A stretch of DNA of 64,000 nucleotides from assembly GCA_963701965.1 (NCBI GenBank), contig OY969695.1, positions 3,040,001-3,104,000 of the forward strand. The letters run 5' to 3'. This stretch comes from an uncultured Gemmatimonadales bacterium. GTDB taxonomy: Bacteria > Gemmatimonadota > Gemmatimonadetes > Gemmatimonadales > Gemmatimonadaceae. The notes beneath the pieces were generated by a model. That model made no database searches. It saw only the letters and a program-made list of their open reading frames with translations, and had not been told where the DNA came from. Within the stretch, counting starts at the first letter, position 1. The number at the start of each line of letters is the position of its first letter. Below, one piece after another: positions 55,139 to 64,000 of the stretch. Made by a program: the position numbers and the translations under genes.

Positions 55139-55540
55139 TTACCACGGTGCCCGAGCGGCATCGAGGTACTGGCGAACAGCGGCAAGGTCCGTCACATCAC
55201 CAGCGCTCATGCGCGCCAGTGGTGTTTGCCCATTGAAGAATCGGTTCGGTCGGTGGATCCAACTATCGGCCTGATGCGGGTCGCTATACAGAATCTCAAG
55301 AGCTTTCCAAATCCCGCTGACATAACCGATGCGTCTAATCGTATCCATCGGTACCGCTCCGACTTCACCGGCCTTCCACTTGTAGAATGTGCGCTCGGGC
55401 GGCTCACCGAGGATCACGCGGGCAGTGGCATTGTCAATGTTCCATCGATCCATGATGCCAAAGAAGCCCACAAAGAGTGGTCGGATCTGATGAGCAGCGA
55501 TCGTCGGACGATCACTTATCTGTTCCGCGTGGGCGTGCAT
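55139..55540 (-). CDS. Xre/MbcA/ParS antitoxin
   Basis: RIGYVSGIWKALEIL, WIHRPN..FNGQTPL..VRQYLDAAR. Confidence 0.88.
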   Translation of the reverse strand: MHAHAEQISDRPTIAAHQIRPLFVGFFGIMDRWNIDNATARVILGEPPERTFYKWKAGEVGAVPMDTIRRIGYVSGIWKALEILYSDPHQADSWIHRPNRFFNGQTPLARMSAGDVTDLAAVRQYLDAARAPW

Positions 55541-55652
55541 AGCCAGCTCCTCTAATGCCTATAGGCATAATATGACATAGTAGCGGCCTTCAGGCAATTA
55601 GCGATGTCTGCAGACGTGATGCGTGGTAACCTTGCCGCGTTGTTCAGTCATT

Positions 55653-55890
55653 CATGTCCGGGAACTCCGGCACCGGCGTCCGGTCTCCCTAGCAAGTACG
55701 GCAAATTGTTGGTTTATAGTGACTTACCCGAATGTCAGTGGGTTAGAAGTGCGTCGCCGTCGCACGCGCAATTGGTACGTTGCCACTCCTAACGCACCCG
55801 TTGCGACCTCCAACGGCACCCCAAGCTACTAGAGTGGCGAAGTGTCGCCTCAACGTGTCTGATCGCCCGGTGTACGAACAGGCGAGCGAC
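55653..55890 (+). repeat. Arm Y (copy 3) fused directly to arm A (copy 5); att core deleted
   Basis: caagtacggcaaattgttggtttatagtgacttac-ccgaat-gtcagtgggttagaag..caacggcacc..cgcctcaacgtgtctgatcgcccggtg. Confidence 0.85.
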
Positions 55891-55924
55891 CGCATGCGCG
55901 AACGGCTCGATGTCTAAATCCCAG

Positions 55925-56000
55925 TCCTACCGGTTCGATGCGTCGCGCAATGACGCCTCCGCATCCGTGCGGAAGCCGATGCGGCGCGAGGTCCTCTGGC
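55925..56000 (-). pseudogene. ORF6N 3' remnant
   Basis: Encodes SRRIGFRTDAEASLRDASN, matching the C-termini of the two intact ORF6N genes. Confidence 0.7.
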
Positions 56001-56176
56001 ATCGAAAATGCGAACGGTACTGTTGGCTCCTTCGTGTTGAGCGGCCAGTTGCTCGTCGCCAAGACCGTGTAGCAGTCAGAGGTTCCCCGACGCGTGTGTG
56101 GGATCCCCCCGACAGCGCCGCTGCATGCCGACGCCCAACATTGGGTAGTAGACTGCGGCGATTCCGGAGCTGTCCT

Positions 56177-57085
56177 ATGCCACGCGTCAATGGATCGTTG
56201 CCGCTCAGGGCCCTGGTCGCGGTCGATGGAAGCCAGGCCTCACGGGGGGCGGTTCGCGCGGCGGCGGCGTTCGCGGACGCTGGCCTCATCGTGCCCGAAG
56301 TGATCGCGGTCGATCCCATCGATCTTACAGCCACGGGCGGGATCGCACTCGATGTCGACGAAGCCATTGAAGCGCGGCTGGGCTCATCGGGCATCCTCGA
56401 TTGGCGGGGGAGTGTACAAGCCGATCTGTTTGCTGGCGGCGGTGGAAATTGGCCGATCCACCTCCGTGCGGGTGCCCCGGTCTACGCTGTCATCGCCGGT
56501 GAAGCCGAGCGAGGCCGCTTTGATCTCGTGATGGTCGGATTGCGGCATCGCGGTCTCCTAGCGCAACTGACGCGGCGGGATACCGCTCGACGCATTGTCG
56601 AGTCGACCGACGTCGCTGTGCTGTCTGTGGCTGCGGGATTCGCCGGCGTCCCAAACCGCATCGTGGTGGGGGTCGACTTCGGCGACGCGAGCGAGCGTGC
56701 CGCTCAGGCCGCCGCCCGAATGCTCGGCAAGGGCGCGACTCTGACACTGGCGTTCGTCGATCTGTCCCTGGGCGAACCGACCGAAGTAATCGAAGGATAC
56801 GAGCGCTTGCACGACCAGGGCTTCCGCGTCCTGATGGAGCAACTCACCGTGACGCTCACCGTCCCGCCTGGAGCGCGAGTCGAGCATGTGCGCCTGAGCG
56901 GCACTCCCGCGACGACGCTGCTTGCGTTGGCCGATCGGACTGACTCGGATCTGATCGCAGTGGGCCGGCAGCGAACCGGCCTCGCGCGGACGCTCCTCGG
57001 CAGTGTGGCGGGTGATCTCTTGCGCGACGGCCGACGGTCCGTCCTCGTTGCGTCACGTGTACCCCTGAGGCGTCGCGAAGCGTAA
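56177..57085 (+). CDS. Universal stress protein (tandem USP domains)
   Basis: LVAVDGS, IVVGVDFGDAS, DLIAVG..LLGSVA. Confidence 0.88.
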   Translation: MPRVNGSLPLRALVAVDGSQASRGAVRAAAAFADAGLIVPEVIAVDPIDLTATGGIALDVDEAIEARLGSSGILDWRGSVQADLFAGGGGNWPIHLRAGAPVYAVIAGEAERGRFDLVMVGLRHRGLLAQLTRRDTARRIVESTDVAVLSVAAGFAGVPNRIVVGVDFGDASERAAQAAARMLGKGATLTLAFVDLSLGEPTEVIEGYERLHDQGFRVLMEQLTVTLTVPPGARVEHVRLSGTPATTLLALADRTDSDLIAVGRQRTGLARTLLGSVAGDLLRDGRRSVLVASRVPLRRREA

Positions 57086-57149
57086 TTCCCCGGCGCCGCG
57101 GCGCCATTCGCCGGCCGATCCGCGCGCAACTCCTTTACAGGCCCAGACC

Positions 57150-57545
57150 ATGACGACGAGTATGACGCCGATCCCACAAGGTGCCGCGACGTATCAGCCC
57201 TTCGCCGAGGTCCGGTGCTGCTGGCTACGGCCGGTAACGATCCCTCCGATACATCCGTGATCGCGGCGCGACTCCTGGCGGAGCGGTTGGGTGAGCCCGT
57301 CGAGGCGCTGTCGGTTCTCGAGGCCGGGCGTATGCCTATACGGCGCCGGCCATCGTGATTCCGGTGGTGGTGGACGACGACGTTCGTCGCCGCGTACGTA
57401 TGGAGCAGGTCCGACGATATCTCCTCCCGTACATGCCTAGCCGTACGGAGTGGCCGATCATGATCGCGTTTGGGTCCTAGGCCCGCGCTATAGCCGACCG
57501 GAGGAGGACCCTCGGCGCTAGCGCGATCGTGGTCGGCGCGGCCCA
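57150..57545 (+). pseudogene. USP N-terminal remnant
   Basis: GPVLLATAG..VIAARLLAERLG..ALSVLE, followed by stops. Confidence 0.5.
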
Positions 57546-57634
57546 ACCGCTGGGCACGCGTCACCGTGTCGCTGGGCATTGCGCCGCTGATGTCCTGTCC
57601 TGCGCGTGACGCTGCGCGACGGCGCCGCGCTCTA

Positions 57635-58096
57635 TCAGCTCGGGCGGCACTCCCGTCCGGTGATCTCAGCGGCGTGAATTCGAAAAACGATGGTTCGAAA
57701 GGGGACTGGGTCGTCCGCGGTCAACGTTCCGGGCAGGAGTGCCTGTAACGCCGCAATCCCTCGCGTCCAGGCATCGTGTTCGGACGGCGGGGCCTGTTCA
57801 TGCGCATACCACGCGCCGTGCACTACGACGCTTCGCCAATCGAAAAGGCCGGTGACCTCATTGACCTCGAAGGCGACCCATCGATTGTGCGCGACGATCT
57901 CCATCTTGGCGCCTGGCGACGTGCGACCGTATATCCAACCATCGACATAGACGTAATGCAGCGGCGTGATGTCGACGCGGTCATGACGTGCGAAGGCGAC
58001 CCGGCCGACATGCTGTTGACGGAGGATCACTTCGCAGCGATCCCGCTCGAGGGGGCGGATCGTCGGACTGTTCGGGATCGAACGGTCAATAGTCAT
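57635..58096 (-). CDS. Pyridoxamine 5'-phosphate oxidase-family flavin-binding protein
   Basis: VGRVAF..ITPLHY..GRTSPGAK..VAFEV..WRSVVVHG. Confidence 0.88.
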   Translation of the reverse strand: MTIDRSIPNSPTIRPLERDRCEVILRQQHVGRVAFARHDRVDITPLHYVYVDGWIYGRTSPGAKMEIVAHNRWVAFEVNEVTGLFDWRSVVVHGAWYAHEQAPPSEHDAWTRGIAALQALLPGTLTADDPVPFRTIVFRIHAAEITGRECRPS

Positions 58097-58856
58097 ACGT
58101 CACGTTGGTAATGCGCCCGCGCCAATAGGGGAACGGTCCCGTTGGAAGAACCCATTCGGCCTCGCCGACCATCGGGATCATGAGGCCACGCATCCGCTGA
58201 TACTTGTGGAAGCGTCCCGTCCACGGCGTCAGGACGAGCGCCCCGTCGACCTCCCGAAAGCGATCGGCAGACACCTGAAGGATCTCACCCGTCGGTCCGA
58301 AACGGAAATTGGCGATCACGCTCGTGCCGTTCGCATGCATCGTAGCGCGCGCGGTGTCCTCATCGAGCGCCACCCAATCAACGCCATGACCCGGCAGCAG
58401 CGCCGTGGGGAGCCATGCCAGTTCTGCCAGGTACCGTTGAAGGCTGGCCGTCGCGAGCTCGGGTTTACCCAATGCTGACGCCACGGGAAAGAGACCAAAG
58501 AGCCGCGCCTCCATCCGGGCCTGTCCCGCGATCTCCATGTCGCGCACGCGAATCGACATCAAGGGGCGCGTATGGATCGAGGCGTCCCAGACGAATTGAG
58601 GCGGATCGACGGTAAAGTATTCCGTCGCATGAAACGGGAACCAACCGCCATCGGCAGCAAAGCGAAACTCGCCGTCCTGCGAAACACGGGCTTGTCGAAT
58701 CGAGAACTGCCCATCGGCCAGCGCGAAGTAGAAGTAGCGCTGTACCACGGTGGGCAGCGCGTCCATCTGCTCGATGGCGACGGGCATAACGTCGTAATGT
58801 CCCCGTGGAAGGAGGCTATCGACGATCCGTCGCGTGGTGCGATTCCATGGCATCAT
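58086..58856 (-). CDS. DUF6544-like protein
   Basis: LPTVVQRYF, FVWDA, LQRYLAELAWLPTALL, PWTGRF..Y. Confidence 0.7.
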   Translation of the reverse strand: MMPWNRTTRRIVDSLLPRGHYDVMPVAIEQMDALPTVVQRYFYFALADGQFSIRQARVSQDGEFRFAADGGWFPFHATEYFTVDPPQFVWDASIHTRPLMSIRVRDMEIAGQARMEARLFGLFPVASALGKPELATASLQRYLAELAWLPTALLPGHGVDWVALDEDTARATMHANGTSVIANFRFGPTGEILQVSADRFREVDGALVLTPWTGRFHKYQRMRGLMIPMVGEAEWVLPTGPFPYWRGRITNVTYDY

Positions 58857-58918
58857 CGGATTGATCGAATGTCGCGCGCCGGTGAGCCTCGCGGTGTCCG
58901 AGTTTACCTGACGTCGTG

Positions 58919-59581
58919 TCAGGGCGTGGCGAGTAGGCCGAGCTTCAGCGCAAATCGCACGTAGTCGGCGCGATGCGACAGGCCCAGCTTCTCGTTGACC
59001 CGTTGCTTGTAGGTATCGACCGTCTTGGCGCTAATGGAGAGCTTGGCCCCGATCTCTGGAGCGGTATACCCTTCCGCAGTGAGTCGCAAGACGTCGCGCT
59101 CGCGATCACTCAGGGATTCGTAGCGCTCGCGATCGATCTTGGCGGGGTCCTTGCGCACAAGACCTAACGCTAATACTCGAGCCGCTGCCTGCCGCACGTA
59201 CAGATCTCCTTTGGCGACGGCGCGAACGGCGTCGACCAGCTCTTTGTCGGCCGCCGTCTTGACCACGAACCCGGCCGCACCCGCTTGCAGCACCGGGACG
59301 AGGTATTCCTCCTCCGTGTGCATCGTGAGCACGAGAATTCGAGGACGTGGGCCTCTGGCCACGACCGCCTTCGTGACCTCGACTCCGTCGCCGTCGGGCA
59401 TGTCGAGGTCGAGCACGAGGACGTCAGGATCGCAGCGTTGCGCCATCGCGATGGCCTGCTGACCTGTGGATGCTTCCCCGACGACCATCATGTCCTTCGC
59501 CGTGGCGAGAACGGCTTTGGCCCCGGCGCGTACGACCGCATGGTCGTCGGCCAGGAGCACCCGAATGACGTCGCTTGACAT
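58919..59581 (-). CDS. NarL/LuxR-family response regulator
   Basis: IRVLLADDHAVVR, LDLDMP, LSDRERDVL..ISAKTVDTYK. Confidence 0.93.
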   Translation of the reverse strand: MSSDVIRVLLADDHAVVRAGAKAVLATAKDMMVVGEASTGQQAIAMAQRCDPDVLVLDLDMPDGDGVEVTKAVVARGPRPRILVLTMHTEEEYLVPVLQAGAAGFVVKTAADKELVDAVRAVAKGDLYVRQAAARVLALGLVRKDPAKIDRERYESLSDRERDVLRLTAEGYTAPEIGAKLSISAKTVDTYKQRVNEKLGLSHRADYVRFALKLGLLATP

Positions 59582-59729
59582 AGCCCGAATATCGGCTGAG
59601 GGGTGGCAGCGGTTGTCAGGGAGTCCCTGACAACGCATCACCGACCAATCTGTCGTCAGGGAGAATCGGACGGCAATGTCGGGCGATCACCGACACGCCC
59701 GGCGTGTCGGTGGTCAATGCTAGGCTGTG

Positions 59730-60539
59730 ATGGTTCCTCGAGAAACGGAGCAGCATCGACAGGTACTAGTCGTGGCCACCAATGGCGGAGCCGCATCGGC
59801 CGGAGCCTTGCGCTGTGCTGGACGCCTCGCTGAGAGGGACGATGTGGTTGTCGAGCTCGTGAGTGTAGGATTCCTTGGCGGCCCGGGGCGGCGTGTGCAG
59901 CGGCTTCTCAGCGATACATTCGTCAGCGTGCCCGAGTGGAATCACACAGTTGCGGACGGTGACGTAGCCGACACCCTCGCGTACTTCAGCCAGCGCTCCG
60001 AAGCTACTCTCGTTCTCGTTGGACTCTCCAACCACCACGGAGCGCGAGCCGACATCTATCGGATCGTCAACACGGTCAGTGCTCCAGTGCTCGCTGTTCC
60101 TCCGTCCGTGACGGACCTTCCTCGGCGGGGTGCCGTCGCGATGGACTTCAAGGAAGCGAGCATCCGTGTCGCGCGGACCGCACTCCACGTCATGGGCAGG
60201 CCGGCGGAGCTCCTCATCGTGACAAGCTCTGTGGCCGCATCAGCGGCACCGATTCCCTCACCAGCCGCCCTGTTGTTCGACGCGCTGCAGGACACCCTCG
60301 GCGGACCCGCTGACGTTACTGTCCGGCACACACCGGTGAGTCAACCGCTGACGCCGCCCCTTGTGGACTTCGCCGTGCGTCAGGTGGTCGACCTGATCGC
60401 CATCGGGCGCCATCGATCGAGTCGCGCTGCGTCGACACGCCGACGTATCTTGGGCCCCACCGCGGCCAATGTTCTCGCCGCGGCGCCCTGTAGTGTCCTT
60501 ATTGGTTCGGCAGAGGATAAAGCAAACCTGGTGGCCTAA
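59730..60539 (+). CDS. Universal stress protein
   Basis: VLVVATNG, PVLAVP, DLIAIGRH..ILGPTA..APCSVL. Confidence 0.8.
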   Translation: MVPRETEQHRQVLVVATNGGAASAGALRCAGRLAERDDVVVELVSVGFLGGPGRRVQRLLSDTFVSVPEWNHTVADGDVADTLAYFSQRSEATLVLVGLSNHHGARADIYRIVNTVSAPVLAVPPSVTDLPRRGAVAMDFKEASIRVARTALHVMGRPAELLIVTSSVAASAAPIPSPAALLFDALQDTLGGPADVTVRHTPVSQPLTPPLVDFAVRQVVDLIAIGRHRSSRAASTRRRILGPTAANVLAAAPCSVLIGSAEDKANLVA

Positions 60540-60656
60540 GCTTGCGGTCGACGGGGCCTCGCGCCACATACTTGTTGGCCCGGCGGCGTTTCGCCAGACT
60601 CCAGAGGGATTTGCGACCGAGTCGGCAACGCCTCGCGGAGATGGTAGGTTCTCGCG

Positions 60657-63140
60657 ATGAAAACCCCCACCGATCGTCCCCCAAGCCCTGTGCCCTTGGA
60701 TTCGGCGCTGGTCCAGTCCGCCTTCGAGCAGTCCCGGGTCGGCATGCTTCTCCTCGACCCCCGCGCCTGCATTCTGATCGTCAATCGGTCGGCCCGGGGC
60801 TACCTGGGAATCGCCGAAGATCAGGAGGTCGCGGGGCATCCGATCTGGGAGTTCGTGGGGACCGCATCTCGAAACTCGGACGCGGCCTGGCGCGGCCTGA
60901 CTGAGGGCGCGGCCGCAGGTCGCGTGGAGTTCCGCGACATCGGGTCAGACGAGGTCATCGAGTGGACCGCCCAACCCATCCAAAGCTCGGACGGGGTCGT
61001 CGTTGGAATAGCGATGGAAGGTCGCGACGTCACCGCGCTCCGCCGGACCGACGGTGAGGCTCGGCTGCTCACAAAGCTCGCGTTGGCGATCGGTCATACC
61101 GATTCGCTTGAACTCGCGATCTCGGCGGCCTTGCGCATCGTCTGTGAATCTGCCGGCTGGCTCGTGGGCGAGGCCTGGCTCCTCGACACTAGTACGCCTG
61201 GAGAGCCGCACTTGACGCACGGCGGCGCCTGGACCGTTCGAGACCCGCGTCTCGACGCGTTCGCCTCGCAGAGCATCGGATTTCGATTTGCGCGCGGTGA
61301 GGGCCTCGCCGGCGTTGCGTGGGAGCGGCGAGAGCCCGTGTCGGCACAGCAGTTCAGCCAATCAACTGAGTTCACCCGGAGCCCCCTCGCGGCGGCTGCC
61401 GGCATCAAGAGCGCCATCGCCATCCCGGTATTGGCGGGCGATGAGATCGTAGCAGTACTCAACTTCTTCATGGCGTCGGCCTCGATCAATGCGGGCATGG
61501 CCAAGGTCACCACGGCGGCGGCGGCGCAGCTCGGTCCGCTCATTCTTCAGAAGCAAGCGGAGGAGGCCCATCGGGTAGCCGAAGCGAGATTGAGAGGGAT
61601 CGTTTCGATCGCGCTCGATGCGATCATCTCGATCGATGACGATCGGCGCGTCACGCTCTTCAATTGGGGCGCCGAGCGCATTTTCGGCTATTCAGCGGAT
61701 GAGATGATAGGCCAGCCTTTGGACGTGCTCTTGCCGGAAGCATTGCGGGCGCGTCACGCCGCCCACATCGCGGGATTCGCGACGTCGGCCTCGGCGGCCC
61801 GCCGCATGGGCGAACGCTCCCCGATCGTTGGGCGCCGCAAGAATGGCGAGATTTTTCCGGCGGAAGCGTCCATCTCGCGGTTTCGCGCCGGCGGTCACTG
61901 GACCTTTAGCGTGATCTTGCGCGACATCACCGACCGCCAGCGCACGGAAGAGGGTCTTCGGTTTCTCGCCGAGACGGGTGCCCTCCTGACGGACCTCTTG
62001 CGTGATCCCACGGTGCTCGATCGCATCGCGCGACGCGCGGTCCCGACCCTTGGTGACGTCTGTGTCATTGACCTGGTCGACGACACGCGGGTGACCACCG
62101 CCGCCGTCGCCGCTGTCGACGAACGACTCGCTGAGATCGTTCGGTCCCATCAGGACGTACACGCCCTCCGTTGGGACGGGAATCATCCGGTCGTCGCGGC
62201 CGTCCGCCGGTATGAGACGCAGCTCATGCCAGATCGCGCTCACGATGATCTCGGTCTCGGATCGATGCTTGTCGTGCCTCTCATCACGCGCGGCCAGGTG
62301 TTGGGCGCGATGAGCTTTGCGATGGCGCAATCCGGCCGACGGCATGACACGAGCTATCAAGCCCTCGCGGAGCAGCTGGCCGTGCGCGTGGCGCTGGCTG
62401 TCGACGGTGTAGGACTGCTGGCTCGCACCCGGCGAGCCGTCGCTGCACGCGATGAGGTGCTGGCAGTCGTGTCGCATGATCTTCGCAATCCGTTGAGCGC
62501 AATCAACATGTGCGTGGGGGTTTTGCGCGGGCAGCCTGCGCCCGACGCCGCAGTAGCAAAGGAGCTCCTCGAGACGGTGCATGAATCGACCGCACTCATG
62601 TCGCGCATCATCCAGGATCTGCTCGACATCGCGAGCATCGACGCGGGACGTCTGTCGATCGACCGCCGCCCGCAATCGCTGCGGCCGGTCCTCGTTCACG
62701 CGGTGCAGATGCTCCAGCCGATCGCGATCGAGCGGCAGCTCACGTTGACACTCGACGAAGTCGACTCGGCGCTGCCGAACGTCGCGATGGATGCGGATCG
62801 CGTGTTACAGGTGCTCGCTAATCTGCTGCACAACGCCTCCAAGTTCACTGAACCCGGCGGCGCTGTCCGCATGGCAGCCGAGCGGGTAGGTGACCAGGTA
62901 CAAGTGTCCGTCCAGGACACGGGGCGTGGCATAGCGCGCGACGACCTGCCCCGCGTGTTCGACCGCTTCTGGCATGATCGTCAGGCTTCGACGATTCGGT
63001 CCACGGGGCTGGGCCTCGCGATCGCACGCGGGATCGTCGAGGCCCATGGGGGTCGGATTTGGGTCGAGAGCGCGACCGACCGCGGTAGCACGTTCACGTT
63101 CACCCTACCTCTCATCGACTCAGGGCACGACCAGCACTGA
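60657..63140 (+). CDS. PAS/GAF sensor histidine kinase
   Basis: PAS-GAF-PAS-GAF; VSHDLRNPL, NLLHNASKF, DTGRGI, GLGLAI. Confidence 0.93.
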   Translation: MKTPTDRPPSPVPLDSALVQSAFEQSRVGMLLLDPRACILIVNRSARGYLGIAEDQEVAGHPIWEFVGTASRNSDAAWRGLTEGAAAGRVEFRDIGSDEVIEWTAQPIQSSDGVVVGIAMEGRDVTALRRTDGEARLLTKLALAIGHTDSLELAISAALRIVCESAGWLVGEAWLLDTSTPGEPHLTHGGAWTVRDPRLDAFASQSIGFRFARGEGLAGVAWERREPVSAQQFSQSTEFTRSPLAAAAGIKSAIAIPVLAGDEIVAVLNFFMASASINAGMAKVTTAAAAQLGPLILQKQAEEAHRVAEARLRGIVSIALDAIISIDDDRRVTLFNWGAERIFGYSADEMIGQPLDVLLPEALRARHAAHIAGFATSASAARRMGERSPIVGRRKNGEIFPAEASISRFRAGGHWTFSVILRDITDRQRTEEGLRFLAETGALLTDLLRDPTVLDRIARRAVPTLGDVCVIDLVDDTRVTTAAVAAVDERLAEIVRSHQDVHALRWDGNHPVVAAVRRYETQLMPDRAHDDLGLGSMLVVPLITRGQVLGAMSFAMAQSGRRHDTSYQALAEQLAVRVALAVDGVGLLARTRRAVAARDEVLAVVSHDLRNPLSAINMCVGVLRGQPAPDAAVAKELLETVHESTALMSRIIQDLLDIASIDAGRLSIDRRPQSLRPVLVHAVQMLQPIAIERQLTLTLDEVDSALPNVAMDADRVLQVLANLLHNASKFTEPGGAVRMAAERVGDQVQVSVQDTGRGIARDDLPRVFDRFWHDRQASTIRSTGLGLAIARGIVEAHGGRIWVESATDRGSTFTFTLPLIDSGHDQH

Positions 63141-64000
63141 GGACGTGGCACTGCGCATCACGGCCTCGGCCGTGCTACCAATCATCAAGCGATCGCGCAG
63201 GCCGCCACGGTGTGTCCCGACCGCAACGAGATCCGCATACTGGGCGCGCGCAATATCTTCGATCGCGTGGGCGGGGCGACCGTGGACGTCGTGCGTCACT
63301 ATTCGGGCGCGTTGCGGCGCGGGCAGCTGGTCACGCAACTCCTCGAATAGTTGGGTGACGCCGGCATGATAGACGGTGGACCACGTGTCGAGTTCGGCCG
63401 CTGGCGAATCGGGCCACGACGACGCGTGCACTATGTGAATCGTGGCGCCGTCGGACGCGAACGCCATGGCCAGGATCGCGGCTCGGTGGGCCGCGGCGCT
63501 GAAATCCGTTCCGATGACGATCGTGTCCATAGTGGTCGATGCGTCGGGCGCGACTGTCAGGATTGGTATCGCGATCTTACGATGCACCGCCATGCCGACT
63601 TCAACTCCGGACAGCCGATCCAGCAGACTATGGTGTTCCCCGCCGAGCACCACCAGGGATGCGCGCTGTGCGACCGCGTGATCGGCGATCAACTCGGCCG
63701 GAAAGCCTGTCATCACGCTGAACGGAATGTGGCCGGCGTTCGTGCGTGTCAACTGGTCCGTCAGGCTGCCGCGTAAGGCATCACAGCACGCGCCTTCGCC
63801 ATCCTCGAACGTGACGCCCTGCGCCATGATCTGCGGTGAGATCGGTGGAACGAGGGCGAGCGCCTCAATGGACGCGTGTTGACGCGCAGCGAATGCGACG
63901 GCAACCCGGATAGCCGCGTCGGTCGCTCGGTCGCCGCGCGTCCCGACGACGACGTGGTTCGCCGTAGGCAGTGCGGGACTCGCTGTCGCCGATGATGTAT
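63120..64000 (-). CDS. Universal stress protein (start near or beyond the window end)
   Basis: IVIGTDFS, DLVAVGTH..MIGSTAEAV..VLVVP. Confidence 0.85.
   Translation of the reverse strand, partial: TSSATASPALPTANHVVVGTRGDRATDAAIRVAVAFAARQHASIEALALVPPISPQIMAQGVTFEDGEGACCDALRGSLTDQLTRTNAGHIPFSVMTGFPAELIADHAVAQRASLVVLGGEHHSLLDRLSGVEVGMAVHRKIAIPILTVAPDASTTMDTIVIGTDFSAAAHRAAILAMAFASDGATIHIVHASSWPDSPAAELDTWSTVYHAGVTQLFEELRDQLPAPQRARIVTHDVHGRPAHAIEDIARAQYADLVAVGTHRGGLRDRLMIGSTAEAVMRSATSSVLVVP

Larger units (their letters stand above)
8480..64000. mobile_element. Tandem array of integrative modules / genomic islands at tRNA-Asn
   Basis: Repeated tRNA 3' halves with conserved arms, integrase remnants, IS, TA and relic genes; right end not seen in the window. 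Confidence 0.85.

Noticed and set aside
8480..55890. Classical integron
   Set aside because: No IntI gene or attC-type palindromes recognised; boundaries are tRNA-derived cores and modules are multigenic.
8480..64000. Prophage or intact ICE
   Set aside because: No structural, terminase, relaxase or intact T4SS genes; only a VirD4 relic.

Overview
High-GC bacterial DNA; the gene content (PadR + ADOP-type ABC permeases, USP clusters) suggests Gemmatimonadota or a relative (inference). Bases 1-8.4 kb are core-like: ettA, an orphan anti-sigma plus TonB-dependent receptor, a 5x60-bp structured tandem repeat, a baeRF-like gene, malate synthase, a SolA-like oxidase, then tRNA-Asn(GTT) at 8407-8479. 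The rest of the window is an accessory region built as a tandem array of at least 8 modules. They are delimited by copies of the tRNA-Asn 3' half (10489, 28556, 32656, 42517, 44639; a 3' stub at 50420; core deleted at ~55730). Each copy is flanked by conserved non-coding arms of 70-200 bp in two left variants (X/Y) and two right variants (A/B), with 21-bp-spaced CAACGGCAC repeats and IHF-like boxes. No intact integrase lies in the window, only three 3' remnants. Cargo differs between modules: three ADOP permeases, ORF6N proteins, five TA modules or remnants, a Rad50/RloC-like ATPase, a HEPN-like protein, Rhs and VirD4 relics, nested IS elements, a MocR/aminotransferase pair and a USP/two-component cluster. 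This tRNA-anchored, apparently trans-mobilised cassette array is the main candidate novel system. Many frameshifts could be decay or long-read errors. Coordinates of remnants are approximate.
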